Translations under genes and position numbers: made by a program | Assembly (NCBI GenBank): GCA_027923505.1 | Contig: BROI01000012.1 | Span: 868,001-932,000, forward strand | DNA length: 64,000 nt | Source of the DNA: Mayamaea pseudoterrestris | Taxonomy: Eukaryota | Reading direction: 5' to 3' | Notes under the pieces: model-generated | Databases searched by the model: none | Seen by the model: only the letters and a program-made list of their open reading frames with translations | What the model was told of the DNA's origin: nothing | Part shown: piece by piece, positions 46,536 to 58,841 of the stretch | Layout: every line of letters begins with the position of its first letter | How positions within the stretch are numbered: position 1 is the first letter of the stretch

Positions 46536-48971
46536 ATGAAACCTCCAAGATGTGTTTCCATCTCGGATCTTGTTCGCATCTTTGGAGCTGCTGGAATTAT
46601 TCAAGGGATTGGAAATGAACAGATTAAATCGACAAAATGCCAGCAATATACAAGGAGAAAGGAGTCAGGCTTGTCCGTGTCGAAATGCGCTACCAAGGAC
46701 GCCGATGCTGATCGAACTCTTTGCAAGCGTCCGACGACGGAACGAGTCTCGCCTTTGACCGCATCGGTCGTTCTCGCGCAGTCTCCATATGCTGCTCCAA
46801 GCCCAACGACCAAGCAAAAATGTGAGAGCAATTCATCAGATAAAGCTCATATAGAACGATACGATTTTGTCGTTGTTGGAAACGGACTGGCTGGTCAAGC
46901 AGCCGTGCAGGAATTGATTCGTCAATGTCCAAACGCAACGATTGCCGTTATTGATCCCTTGTACAATGTACAATCTGCCATGAGAAGCAAGAGTCAGCAA
47001 GAAGAAAGCAATAGATCGAATGTTAAATATCATGCAAAGGCTGCAAACTTTTTAAACCCGCGTCAACGGACGATCCGACTGGCAGCAACTGCCGACGGTG
47101 AAGACGAATGTTTAATTTCCTATCGACACGCTGTGTTGCTCGCTACTGGCGCGCGAGGAGCTCCCATTCCTCACTACATATACGACGAGACGGCAAAATC
47201 TCGCATACTGACGTTGCGAATGCGAACTTTGACACCCAACGACGAAAAGAGCACCTCCGCGCTCATGTTGCCGGAGCAAATTATGCATCATGCGCTTCAG
47301 TCGGCGAGTCGCGGACAACGAATTGCCATACTTGGCAGTGGATGGGACGCAGTCGCCCTGGCGCTCCAAGTTGGAGCTGCGAGTCTGCGCAACAAGCGTC
47401 CCATGCTCATCATGGGCGCGTCGGGTCCGCTCAGTCATGTGCTGCCAAACTACTTGGTGACGGCTGTTTCCAAGCGTTTGAAGAGCAAGCATGTATACGT
47501 CAAGGATCGAACGCTGATTCGATATATTTCCGAAGCAGCTCAAGATGAAAGTAACGGCAAGCAGCAACCACAACTGCAAATTTACACTGCCAAATCGTTT
47601 GACTTTTTGGATTCGCGTGTGGATGCAGCTGACTGGGTCGTTGCCGCGCCTGATGCGACTGGTCCTCGTGGATCGGCGTCACTTGGAAGTGGTTTGATTC
47701 CGGACCATTTGAATGCTACAATTAATGGTCGAAGCTGGTACCAAAGTTGGTCCGACATGACAGTGTCGTCCGAAACGGATCCCATGTCCCTTGCCTGCTA
47801 TCAGGAGGATGGCCGCATAGCAGTGAATGCCGAGCTCTGCGCCTGCACTGGTGTGTTCGCGGCTGGATCCGTGGCCAAGCTTCCCAACAGCTTCACTGGT
47901 CACGCTGACGTAGCTGGGGAAGGTGCAGACGATGCCATCAACGCTGGTCGAGTCGCTGCGCACAACATGGCGCTGCATCATCAAGCGTACGGCAACCAAT
48001 CCACGAGCACCTTGTTTCGAACTAGCAATTCACTGGTAGCGCCGGCAACTAAAGATCCGACACCGGTGTTTCGAACAGACAATGTTTTGAATGGAACAGA
48101 TAGTCGCTCCATCCTATCTGAGAATGGAATTAATGCTTTGATGGTCGGTCATTGTGACGCGGAGCGGTTTACGACCATTGGAGTTTGGTGGACGAACCAA
48201 GCAACGCAGCGGCGGGTGCTGGCTGAGACGGACGACGCTCAGCAGCCCACGCTTCGTCACCGTAAATCGATCCCAGACTCGCTGAAATCAGTCTATGGGC
48301 TCGGCATTGTTTACTATTTTGATCGCAATGGACATGTCCGCGGCATTACGACATGGGGTCTACCTGTTGCAACGAAAGATTCGTCAAGCTCAGATCTTGT
48401 AGAAGAAATGAAACACATGATACGAACCAATGGCGGGTTTCAGTCGGTTGGATCCGATGTTGAGCAAATGAGAATGATCCACTACCTGACCGAGTCTAGT
48501 CGCAAGCTAGTCAGTAGCTGTTTGTCATCCAGTCGGCCAAGCAACGGAAGGATTGCAGACGACAATGAGCGACTACAACTTGCCGCCGATCTACCGAAAC
48601 CGCTAATTCGCTTCACGCAAAGTCGCCGCAATAGTATCCGTACTGGCTTGTTAAAGCGAAAGGAAGGTCACTCTTTTGGAGTCTTGGGTGAAGACTTATT
48701 CGCGCGCTACCAACAAGCTACCCATGAAGTAAGCTTGACCAAGCCAGACATGAATTTGAACGTTGGATACGCAGCGCAGCAGGCGCAGGACCGGTACGAT
48801 TGGAGCGTTTGGGAGCAAAAGGAGATGCAGTGGGAGGAGAATGAAGCAATAGCTCGTCCTCCCCGAGAAGATCCACTATGGATCCGCAAGGGCGACGAAG
48901 TCCGACAAACTAGCGCCAAGGACAATTTGTTGGCTGCGTTCAACAAGGCGCTGTGGGGTCATTCCGGGTAG
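46536..48971 (+). CDS. FAD/NAD-dependent oxidoreductase, apoptosis-inducing-factor-like
   Basis: VVVGNGLAG, LLATGA, ILGSGW, VNAEL...VFAAG, and a C-terminal GIVYYF...VRGITTWG similar to the AIF C-terminus. Confidence 0.75.
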   Translation: MKPPRCVSISDLVRIFGAAGIIQGIGNEQIKSTKCQQYTRRKESGLSVSKCATKDADADRTLCKRPTTERVSPLTASVVLAQSPYAAPSPTTKQKCESNSSDKAHIERYDFVVVGNGLAGQAAVQELIRQCPNATIAVIDPLYNVQSAMRSKSQQEESNRSNVKYHAKAANFLNPRQRTIRLAATADGEDECLISYRHAVLLATGARGAPIPHYIYDETAKSRILTLRMRTLTPNDEKSTSALMLPEQIMHHALQSASRGQRIAILGSGWDAVALALQVGAASLRNKRPMLIMGASGPLSHVLPNYLVTAVSKRLKSKHVYVKDRTLIRYISEAAQDESNGKQQPQLQIYTAKSFDFLDSRVDAADWVVAAPDATGPRGSASLGSGLIPDHLNATINGRSWYQSWSDMTVSSETDPMSLACYQEDGRIAVNAELCACTGVFAAGSVAKLPNSFTGHADVAGEGADDAINAGRVAAHNMALHHQAYGNQSTSTLFRTSNSLVAPATKDPTPVFRTDNVLNGTDSRSILSENGINALMVGHCDAERFTTIGVWWTNQATQRRVLAETDDAQQPTLRHRKSIPDSLKSVYGLGIVYYFDRNGHVRGITTWGLPVATKDSSSSDLVEEMKHMIRTNGGFQSVGSDVEQMRMIHYLTESSRKLVSSCLSSSRPSNGRIADDNERLQLAADLPKPLIRFTQSRRNSIRTGLLKRKEGHSFGVLGEDLFARYQQATHEVSLTKPDMNLNVGYAAQQAQDRYDWSVWEQKEMQWEENEAIARPPREDPLWIRKGDEVRQTSAKDNLLAAFNKALWGHSG

Positions 48972-49176
48972 TGTAGCTCGCTCGTTGTAGTGGTCGCAAA
49001 ATTGCAAGCTTTCGGACAATGCCTTGAAAGCTTGTGTAAATACAGAACTAGTAGTAAACACCATATAGATGCAGCTTGCACAGTTACAGTAATTGCTCAA
49101 AGTTACAGTTTATAATATAGTTTATGAGTGAGTGCTTGCGATTTTTTGCAAACGCGAAACAGCGCTTGTTTTTGTT

Positions 49177-49968
49177 TTACGCTTCCATTGCTAGCCCATG
49201 CCGCAGCATACGCTGCTTCCACTTATGCTCCTGTTGTCTATTGCGATATTGCTCACGCAACCAAGCATGCTTCTCCTTTGACATGAAATGAGCTGGATGA
49301 ACAAATTGTCCCGTTGGCAGTTGCACAAACTGAGCTTCCTCCGCCGCCATGCGCCAGTCAAACTGCTCGTAGGCATATTCAATGGTATTGCGTGACGCTT
49401 GGCGCTTGATTTCGCGCTGCGAGTTCCAAATCATCGACTTTTGCTCGTAGGAATCGCGGTGAGGAATCTCATACACCTTGACCTGCGGGTCAAAGGAAAC
49501 TTTGTAGGTTCGTCCCTGTTGCTGCTGCATGGACGCGTCATCGTCTTGTGAAACAACGCTCGCGTCGTCTTCGACAATGGAAACAACCGGAAGTAGACAT
49601 GGGATCTCGTCACTTTCAGTTTCGTGTAGCAGTGTGATTGGACCATGCTCATTGTAGTAGTGTTCGTCTTGTTGCTGCATTGATGCATGCATTGGAAGAT
49701 GCCGACGTGCCATTGACTTGCTGCTGCTGCTTGTTGCTGTAGGTGGCGGAGCAAAGCTGCTTCCGGGCCGACGATGGAAATCCATCTTGCGGTTCAAACG
49801 TTGGCGCAGCACATTCTTACTGTTTGCTTCTGGTGAGTAGACGGCATACTGATGAGATTGGTAGCAGCAAGGAACGACAAAGCCGTGGTGGTACGCCATG
49901 GCTGGATGATATTGTTGATAATGTCCTGGTCTCGGGCGAATGGGATGAGGGTGCTGAAGGACTGTCAT
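49177..49968 (-). CDS. Hypothetical protein with KVSF..V.V..IP motif
   Basis: 263-aa ORF. KVSFDPQVKVYEIPHR...IW resembles an RVxF-type motif common in diatom hypothetical proteins. Confidence 0.65.
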   Translation of the reverse strand: MTVLQHPHPIRPRPGHYQQYHPAMAYHHGFVVPCCYQSHQYAVYSPEANSKNVLRQRLNRKMDFHRRPGSSFAPPPTATSSSSKSMARRHLPMHASMQQQDEHYYNEHGPITLLHETESDEIPCLLPVVSIVEDDASVVSQDDDASMQQQQGRTYKVSFDPQVKVYEIPHRDSYEQKSMIWNSQREIKRQASRNTIEYAYEQFDWRMAAEEAQFVQLPTGQFVHPAHFMSKEKHAWLREQYRNRQQEHKWKQRMLRHGLAMEA

Positions 49969-51697
49969 AATGTGGTTTGTCTTTTTTAAATCGTCTCGTT
50001 TCAGTCGTTGTCAAGATTGTGATGAAGGAAAGTATTGGCTTGTTCCGACTGTGGGTCGTGTCTTTCGTGTGAGCCTCGGCGACGCGTAACGAAGAAGAAA
50101 CGTGCCTCCGCGCAAGCATGGTTCGGATCGGCAAATAGCCGTTAAACGATCCGTTAAGAATCGTGTGGAAGCCTCGTGGTATGACGTGGTGCGACATGAG
50201 GACGTTCTAAGAGGCCGCATCGGCTGTTTTGGCGAGAACAAGCACCTCTTCGAAGCAATTTGACAATGGACACACAAAATGATGCTAAATGGCGAGGGAT
50301 TTACGCTGGTCCGATCCTTCATAGAAGATATGCATCGGAGGGAGATAAAAGACTCATCGACGAATGACGTTCTCGGCTTAACTCAAATACGCATCGGCTA
50401 AACTAAAAGAGTATGCACGACGCCTGATGGCCGAGGTACGCATGGCGAAGTCAAAACCAATAGGCACAGCAACTAAATGCTATATAGACAACAACCAACA
50501 AGTATACTACTGCGACAATTTTATTGCACCGATACATACGGCAAACTGAGTCGTTTTTGACTGTTGGTTCAAGTTGAGGGAGCGGCAACTAGGAATTACT
50601 CAGTACGCATAAAGCGTCTGTTACTTGTTGCTTGTAGGCTGTCGCGCGGACACTGGCCGTTATCAGAACACCAGAGTTATGCACCGTGCAACGATTGCCG
50701 GGCATCAACGGCGTTTCAGCTCATCGTCATTACCAAAATGAGTCAAAGCTTTGGGTGCTCCCAGATATCAGTTCTGAAAGCGTGTGGTGCAAGTGAAATG
50801 GGACACGCTGTAGATGGCAAAGCATCTACGTTGGATATCAAGTAGTTCCGGTTATTACAAAGCGACGCGTCCATGAAATATGACACTATGGAGTAGGACG
50901 CGTACGTTGACTTGACGCGCTCGTGCTCTTCTTTTTGCTACCATCACCAAATGAACAATACGCAAAACCATAAAGCGCACCGACGATTATGTAAACTTAA
51001 TCTACTCGAACATTGACAAAGCGACATCCTCCCAGTCTAGCGACGCCTGATTCGAGCTGAGTACAAGTCAACATCGGTGACAATTAAGCGACGACGGTGG
51101 AGTCGACGCCTCCAAATGATCCGGTTGACCTTACAGCACCGACCTTGGGTTCAGGCGTTTCGACTCCAACGTACAATCCATCTCGGCGTTCCCGACGTTG
51201 AGTTGCCAACAATTAAGTTGTGTAGCCGGGTTCTTCTTGAGCGCCCAGCAACTCCTTGATGCGACCCTTATGAGAATCGATTACATTTACAGTGCTCAAC
51301 AACAATCCACACTCGAGGGCATCGCTGGCGCAACATCTCCGCGTAATCTGGCCTTCGTCATTCACGCTCCTTTTCACAACTTCTGCCACGTGTATGCCGT
51401 GCTGTATGAGATTTCTAATAAGCTGCAAACCAGCTTCATTTTAGTAGCAAGCCTAGCCGGTTGTTTTCGATTCCTTTGATGTTGTCGCTTTACTGTATCT
51501 TCAAGCACAGTCTATTCATGTTATATCTTCGCGCCGCTTGGAGCATGCATCGCCGCAATGGACTGACGCGTTACGTCAACCAGTAGAGTTTCAACTCGAC
51601 TACTTTTACCGGGTTGCATGTCAAATGAATTGGCCGACAGGGACTCGCGCTGTCTTCGTGCTGGCAATAAATGCTTTGGTAGGCTGGTATCGATTTG

Positions 51698-54600
51698 CTA
51701 TTTCTTAAACTCAAACATTTCCGAGACGGCTCTCCAGTCAACGGACTCAACAGTATTCGAGCGTTCGCGGCTAGGGAGTCGTTCGTCATCCTCGCCGGAC
51801 GGTCTGGGAGACGGGCCCTGCGAGTTGTTCATTAATTGATCAATCTGACTATTCCAGCCAGCACCACCCATGAAATTAAGATCTATCGGCATGGGTGGTG
51901 AACGGAATCTCATGTTCATCTTTTTCGAAAGTTCCAGACAAAAGCTTGTGAGATCAGCCTTACTATTGTTAACCATAGTCAGATGCTGCCAACTCTCGCG
52001 GTGTTCAGCACAAACCGAATACTCAACAAAGCCAAAATCGACTTCTACCCGATTGGCCCGAAAGGCCACAAGTGATCTCCATTCTCTTGGTCGTGCCTTG
52101 ATGAACTCTTCCACGGCGCCTTTGAAAACTTGAGTCTTTTTGTAGGAAACATCCATTGGGAACTTTATGGTAAAATTGACAGAGGCTTTCGGTGACCGTG
52201 CACCGTTGATGATACGACAAGATGCCAATGTGCTGTTGGAATACGTTGCCACTTCGTTCGTTGATCCGTATAAAACTGTTGTTGTAAAGAGATCCACGTC
52301 CTTTACGATCCACCCAGGCGACCCCGATGACGGTGTATCAACCATTGGATTACTAACGTTAATGCGATCACCAATATCGTAAGGTTTCCGCACGACGATG
52401 AACAGACAGCCTTCGAAAAATTGTGCAGCGGCACTACCGATCATAAAGGCGAATCTGAAAAGAGGTGGAAGACACGAAAGTGACTATGAGCAATGGTGTC
52501 GCGGGTGTTAATTGAATAAGTCAACCCTTGCACTGACGTACCCGATCACAAATCCGCTAATGGAGGCGAAGAGGACAATCGGATCAATCCCAAGGATAGA
52601 CAAGACAATGCATGCCAAGATGAAGTAGAACATGACGTTAAAAATCCTCTCGAAAGACGCGTCCATTTTTGTTGAATTTGCGACGGAAGCCCGAAGAAGA
52701 CGGAGCTCTTTGTAAACTGAGTCAACACTGCGAGCAAAGTCAACAAGAGTCAAGGTCCCGTTGCGCTCTGGACGGAAGAGCTTGATCAATGTCTTCAGCC
52801 TTTCTTCGTCCAGCACCCCGTTACGACGCACCGCAAGCGACGCGACCACGTCAAAGTTAAGAATCAAATCAGAGCCGACAAGTCGGCGATATACTTCCTC
52901 GATGGATGACACACATTCTTTCCGGGTAGATGCGGGGCCGAAGGCAACCGAAAATGGAAATGCCGTGTTCAGGTATGATAATGACTGCCGAAATTGTATA
53001 ATAGCAGCGATGGGTGCTCTGGACTCCTTTCCGCGTGAAACGTCGGGCTCCTCCCATGCACCCAGTAACTCATTGATGCGTATCTTTTGAATGCTGGAAA
53101 GGTTTGCTTGCTGCATAAGGGAGCCACCACCTGCAGACGCAATACTGGGCCCAGCTCCCTTACTTGGACTTCGGACATAATCTCGGGAAGCATTACTGCT
53201 CTTGCTACCGTTATCGCCGTTGGCATCGTCTTGCATGTCGTATCTCCCCACGTCGAACCCGAAATCATGCGTCTGCAAGCCAAGTTCCTCTTTGTCACGA
53301 GCCAAGCTCGCAACCTGCCCGATGATTAAAGATTTCTTCATAAGTGAGGTAAGGTCCTCGGCATACCTGTAGTATGTCTTTTGCCCGAACCAAATCCCGA
53401 CTGCGAAACGCTTTATTGACACAACAAGGGAGACCACTAAAGCAAGTATTAGTAATGTTCTGTACTCGGGCGTCGATGTGAATGATCCGCTTGGATTTTG
53501 GTCGTTGAAGACGTCCAGATATGGCTAAGAGGGGGAAACATGTGAGTGAGAGGTTGTCAAGAAGATTCGCTGGCCATTATGCTCGCAGCTCAACAAAACT
53601 TACCTGCCAAAAGAGCCAGTGACGAGCCCACCGACTCGGCCCATAAAGTAGCATAAAATCATAGGCGCCCCACCAGAAGAGTATAAATGGCCAACCCTTG
53701 CTTTGCACGATGAAGAGCGTCACAAAGGGGCCAACGGTTTTTACTACCCACTTGGTTCGAAGCGCCAAGAACTCAATGACGAAGGCCTGTGTCGCAAGGG
53801 CTAGCGACAAGGTGATTGGTTGCCGACAAAAGACAAACAATACCCACCAAGAGGCACTAGCCTGTGTGAATAATTCTTTCGTGATGGACACGATATCTGT
53901 CTCGGCCGACGTCGAATTGGACGTCATGCCGGTAACATTCGCTTGCTTTGGTTGCATCGCATCGTTACACTGCGCACTCGTCCCACAAGGAGGATTTCCC
54001 ACCAAGTAGTATAGAATTGAAGCCACACCAAGGGCTGGCATTATGAGGAAGAAGAACATGAACTTGACATAAGCATACATGCTAATCTTTTTGAACCGAA
54101 GCCAGTCCTCAAAATCCTTGTAGCGCGACTTTAGCTTTTGCCGCGCTGTTGCACGCAACGGATGGGACCGACCTGGACCAACGCTGCTTGTTCGCATTGT
54201 TTCAGTGTCATTATGCGTCGAATGATTATCATCGTCGTCGTCCTTGTGCCGGTGGCTGGACTCAACGTCGTGGTCAATGGGCGAGCGGCCTTCCGTATCA
54301 TGCTCGTCCGTCTTCTTCTTCATGGCGACTGCGCTAGTTGTTTGAACGGTGCTCTTGAGGGCCGCCCATCTATCGGTAGCAGACTTTGGCTTTGAGCTGT
54401 CGTCAGGATTATGTTCGGCATCCGTCGTGGAGCTTGTATCGCTAGAGTCCTTTTGAACTAATACATTGTTGCGCTTCAGCAAAGTTGCAGCATTCTTCAT
54501 GAGCAAATCTTGGTCTGTCAATATTGATTCCCTGCTACTTTCCATGTTGATGGTGTCGCCCAAGTTGCGTATTGACGAAGACATTCCATGATGCTGGTTC

Positions 54601-55408
54601 AAATTACTCAAGTCGTTTGTGAGCTGGAAAAGGTCTTCTGCAGTGCTCTTCGTTCTACCATGCGTCCGACTCGCCGTCGTGGCCGATCGCTTGAGAATGG
54701 GCTTGGGTAAAAGCTTGGGCGCGTCTTCAAAGGCTTCCGGTCCCGCGTCCTCTGGGACATGGCCAAGAATGGTTTGCTGCGCGTCGCTTGGACCAGACTT
54801 TGTCGGGTCAAGCTCATCCAATGACAACTGGATGAACTTCTCCGCCTCTGACTCCATTGGATTCGCCAGGTCGTTAATTGTAATGTTTCGCTTGGGTGGC
54901 GACGTTCCTAGCAGCCTAGAGTCGGTATTCGACATGTGGGAAATCTCTTCATCTTCGGCATCCTTGCGTACGACTGTCATCATTGGCGGCGGACCAGCAA
55001 CGCCCCAAGATACGGTTCTGCGAGCAAAGTTTTTATAAGATGCATGAGAGAGCACATTCGATGCATGCATACTTGGCGCTAGAGACCCAATGATGCATCG
55101 GCTTACCTGTCTTGACGACTTGACAATGGTGGAGGACGAGGAGGAAGACGCATAGGCATTGACTCGTTTGGTGTCAATCCTGGCGCAGCTGCTAGAGGAT
55201 GTTCTAAGCCGGTGATGTTTCTTACGTTTGCCGCATTTTCTAGTGGCTTGGAGGCATCCTTCGTTCCAGGCGACTGGCCCGGCGATAGTGGCGAGAGCGA
55301 CATGGAATCATTGAGATATGGCAGATTAAGGCCTTCAAGCGTATCGCTAAGGTTTCCAGCGCTGTCTTCCTTGTTCATTTTGTTTCTTTGATCGCCGTTT
55401 TGTGCCAT
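51698..55408 (-). CDS. MscS-like mechanosensitive channel (exons 55408-55107, 55017-53604, 53524-52542, 52454-51698)
   Basis: Several TM helices, an EF-hand-like LFRPERNGTLTLVDF, FAFMIGSAAAQFFEGCLFIVVRKPYDIGDRI and INGARSP. Three in-frame GT-AG introns. Confidence 0.9.
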
Positions 55409-55878
55409 GGTGGTGCGTGCGATTTACTCGATTGAAACTGTGAGGATGATGGCGCATCCAGTCCTTGGTTGATGTTCGAAAGCGATCATGACGAAAGCGG
55501 ACGCGCGCCTCGTGGCTTGCATCCGTTGGTTCATTACGCGTCTCATCGGTACAAGGCAGTACCGGTACGTCTCATTTGTTATTAGCAACCGCATTGCGCA
55601 GATCGCATCCTTCGCCGGCGGTGTAACAAGAACAAGGTCCTCAGCCATAAACTGCGGACGACTAATAATTGATGGGGCTGCATTCGTTCATATGCCATGC
55701 GGCCATTTGTCACTTGCAGCTGCCAACTATCTGGGGTGCACAGTACCTTCTTTGTGGACTCGAGATGACTTAGCTAATCCAGTTAGAAAATTTGTTTAAT
55801 GAGTGATGTCTAAGAAACTTAATGACAACAATACGTCTTTATAAACAATTATACCATTCAAAATTCTATACATAAGCT

Positions 55879-57870
55879 TCATGCTGCGACAGCATTGCCA
55901 CAATGTGGAAGTGTCAAGACATCGCCGTTCGATAGTTGGCGCGTGATCGATGTTGCAGCACCGTTCAGTGCAAAGCCACTATTCGAACCAGTCAGTGAGC
56001 AGCCAATTGCCTTTTCGCCCTCGCGAAGTGCGTCCAGCACGCATGCTCCAGCCGGAAGTGTCAAGACTCTGCCAGATGCATCCCTCTTGTCTGAAGGCGT
56101 CAAAAAGACAAATACATAATCTCGCGCCAAGTTGGATTGAGCCTCAGTCAACGCTTGGATGTAAGGTTCAAGCTGTTGCGACCGATCCTTGATGCGCCTC
56201 TCGCGAATCGAGTTCTGCCATACATCGTTCAAACTGCTAGCCGGCTCTGTCGATGAGACTGATGCCTCCGAATGAGACGCGCCGCCATGCTGTTGCCAAT
56301 GCCACTCTTGGAGCTTGCAAAGGTATGCATTGGAAGAAAGGTCAGAGTTGCCACTGCCAACCGATTCAAGCTTGTGCAGCGACACCTTGCCGGCCTGCTT
56401 GGCCTTGTAGTCCCAGTGGCTCGCGAGACCAAACTCGGCCACTCGATGCATTTCTCCGCTGCGGACTTGAATCTCAAGCATCCAAGTCTTGTCGGCAACA
56501 TGGCTCTCGGCCGTATAATGGAGTGACTGGTACCCATTCTGCTTTGGACGCTCAATGTAGTCTTTGAACCGCGGTTGCGACGCCATAGGATTCCATCGCG
56601 TCATGCAAACCTTTTGGGCGTAGTAGCACAAAGCACGCTCACGAGCTTGTAAGACAGCAGATGGCTCGTTCAACCCAAGTCGCTTGCCGTTTAATACGAG
56701 GCGGAGCGCAATGGCATCGGGCACTTGAAGAATGCTCTTGTAACCATATCGAAGCATCTTCTTCCACAATGAATAAGGCTCCTTGACACGAGCCGTCACT
56801 TTAAAGTCTTGTACAAGGTCGCTAAATTCCTTGTCTTGCAAAAGCATGTCCTTCATGTCGACTTGTACTTGCTTGAGAACAGTTTGCATCGATGCGGCAA
56901 TGTCCGTTTGCGCACTCACCGCCTTGTACTGGCGCTTGTACAACAATTTGAAAGCAGCTCCTTCCAGCTCATTCTTTAGTCGATGCATACCCAACCGACT
57001 GGCCAATGGTGCATAAACGTGCAAGGCGTCGCGTCCGCAGGAAATGCTTTCGGGTGTCAACGAATCCGACTCGCATCCTCGCATGCGATACAAGCAGGCA
57101 GCCGAGCGAATCGCCAATGCTCTCCAATCCTTGGTTTCGCTCAGTAGTAGCTTGCGGACAGTCTCGGCGTGGATAGAGTCTGGTCGAGCGCCCATGTCGA
57201 CGCGTGCCGCCAACACTTCCAACTGCTTGAGTCGCGACGCATCACGCGCAATGCTTCGAATAGACTCCTCGACCGAATGCTTTCGCAGCAGTTCCTCCAC
57301 CAAAACAGTATGATCAACTTGATGATTTTCCGATTTACGCGCATTGACGCATGCGTAATAGTGAAAGGCAGCCGCCATGATTGCCGAAAAGCCCATTTCC
57401 ATCTGATCAACAAGAATTCGGCAAAACTCCGCTGCTCCAGCTCGTCTCTGCAAGCTTCCTTCCGACAGTTCCTCGATCGTTTGCAGTAGTCGCCTCGTCT
57501 CTGAACCAGTAAAGAACCGTGATTCGAACATGGCTCGCTCCAAAGTTTGCATATTTTCAAAAGCCAAGTGACTCTTGGGGGTTGACAGCCATGGCGGCAA
57601 GTCGCTCAAGTCGCTTGCAGTAGTTGATAAGTGTTGCGTCGATGACGGAAGGATGAAAGACGACGATTCGATCGAATGACCTTCCTCGTTATCGTCGCGA
57701 AAGAAAATTGTCGTCATGGTCGGTCGAGAAAACGTTGCAGCCGTGGACGCGCTAGACGTTGGCTGGACTCCGGTGAATCCAGAACAACACAAAAATTGCT
57801 GCGCCACGACAAGCGCCACCATGGTCGTCCGAGGACGCTTGCGATGAGTCTTTGATGGTATAGAAGACAT
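55879..57870 (-). CDS. RSH: RelA/SpoT homolog, (p)ppGpp synthetase, probably plastid-targeted
   Basis: YAPLASRLG, ARVKEPYSLWKKM, KDYIERPKQNGYQSLH, EIQVRSGEMH.VAEFGLASHW.YK and a C-terminal TGS-like region; signal peptide ending CSG-F. Confidence 0.93.
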   Translation of the reverse strand: MSSIPSKTHRKRPRTTMVALVVAQQFLCCSGFTGVQPTSSASTAATFSRPTMTTIFFRDDNEEGHSIESSSFILPSSTQHLSTTASDLSDLPPWLSTPKSHLAFENMQTLERAMFESRFFTGSETRRLLQTIEELSEGSLQRRAGAAEFCRILVDQMEMGFSAIMAAAFHYYACVNARKSENHQVDHTVLVEELLRKHSVEESIRSIARDASRLKQLEVLAARVDMGARPDSIHAETVRKLLLSETKDWRALAIRSAACLYRMRGCESDSLTPESISCGRDALHVYAPLASRLGMHRLKNELEGAAFKLLYKRQYKAVSAQTDIAASMQTVLKQVQVDMKDMLLQDKEFSDLVQDFKVTARVKEPYSLWKKMLRYGYKSILQVPDAIALRLVLNGKRLGLNEPSAVLQARERALCYYAQKVCMTRWNPMASQPRFKDYIERPKQNGYQSLHYTAESHVADKTWMLEIQVRSGEMHRVAEFGLASHWDYKAKQAGKVSLHKLESVGSGNSDLSSNAYLCKLQEWHWQQHGGASHSEASVSSTEPASSLNDVWQNSIRERRIKDRSQQLEPYIQALTEAQSNLARDYVFVFLTPSDKRDASGRVLTLPAGACVLDALREGEKAIGCSLTGSNSGFALNGAATSITRQLSNGDVLTLPHCGNAVAA

Positions 57871-58841
57871 CTGACACGATAAAAGTACAAGAGAGCGTTA
57901 GAAATGCAGTTCTCCGATGGAAAATGACAGGTTCCGGTTTTTTCGGCTGCAGGATCGATAATCGGAATTTGAACGACAACTCGCTATATATATCCGTTTC
58001 TGGTCCAGCCTCTCTCAACACAAGTTCCTACGTTAACAAGACACACCTCCGAATGCTTTATATGGCTAGTAGCAATGCTTCCAATGCAGTCCGAGCGTGA
58101 AGTGCGAGTGTCAAGGCCGGCTGTTGATGCATTGCGCCGCGATGATGCGAAAGGAAGCGGAACTTTCCAAGTCGCGTCATGTCGCAGTTGCGCGCCAGCC
58201 GGTCAAGAACCACGAACGAATCGCGATTTCGCACCTCTCTCTCGCCATGGTGGCAATGTTGCTCGATTGATTGATGCTTACCTTATACGTTTATAATTTT
58301 AATGTTGTAATTGAAGCGACTGTCGCTTTTGAAAATTACAAAAGGAAGCAATCAATCAGGAGGGTGATCGAAGCCTTGGATGTGTCGAGATTTTGTGCGA
58401 AGCGGTCTTTCCTAGAATTCTCATCCGGGTTATTCTCCCAAACGTGTCCTCGAATTCGAGGCGCCGTGCGTTTCTGAATGCTTCCAGGTGCTACTCGGCG
58501 TTCGATAATCACGGAAATGTGTTGGAATTATTCCGGGATGATGAAACACCCGAGAGCAAGAAATGTCATTGCGGAACAGGCCCATCTGTGACACGCATTC
58601 GTCGCACGCCGCAAGGAGGTGCGCGCTGGATTTCTTCCGTCGGCCACAAGCCGGAAGCTACCGCCCCGAGGAACAATGCATGCATTGTTACCTTACATAC
58701 AGTACTGAATGGTGTCAATTATATACAAATACCGGGGTAATAGGATTGGAGCTACAACAACTACGCTCGGCTGTATATATTATGTTATTTTTCGCCAATG
58801 CTACCCGTTCTGCTAACTTGAGGATCGTCAGTCAGGCAATG

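Noticed and set aside
50000..51690. Short ORFs in the long intergenic region
   Set aside because: No domain signatures, repeats or RNA structure that I could support.
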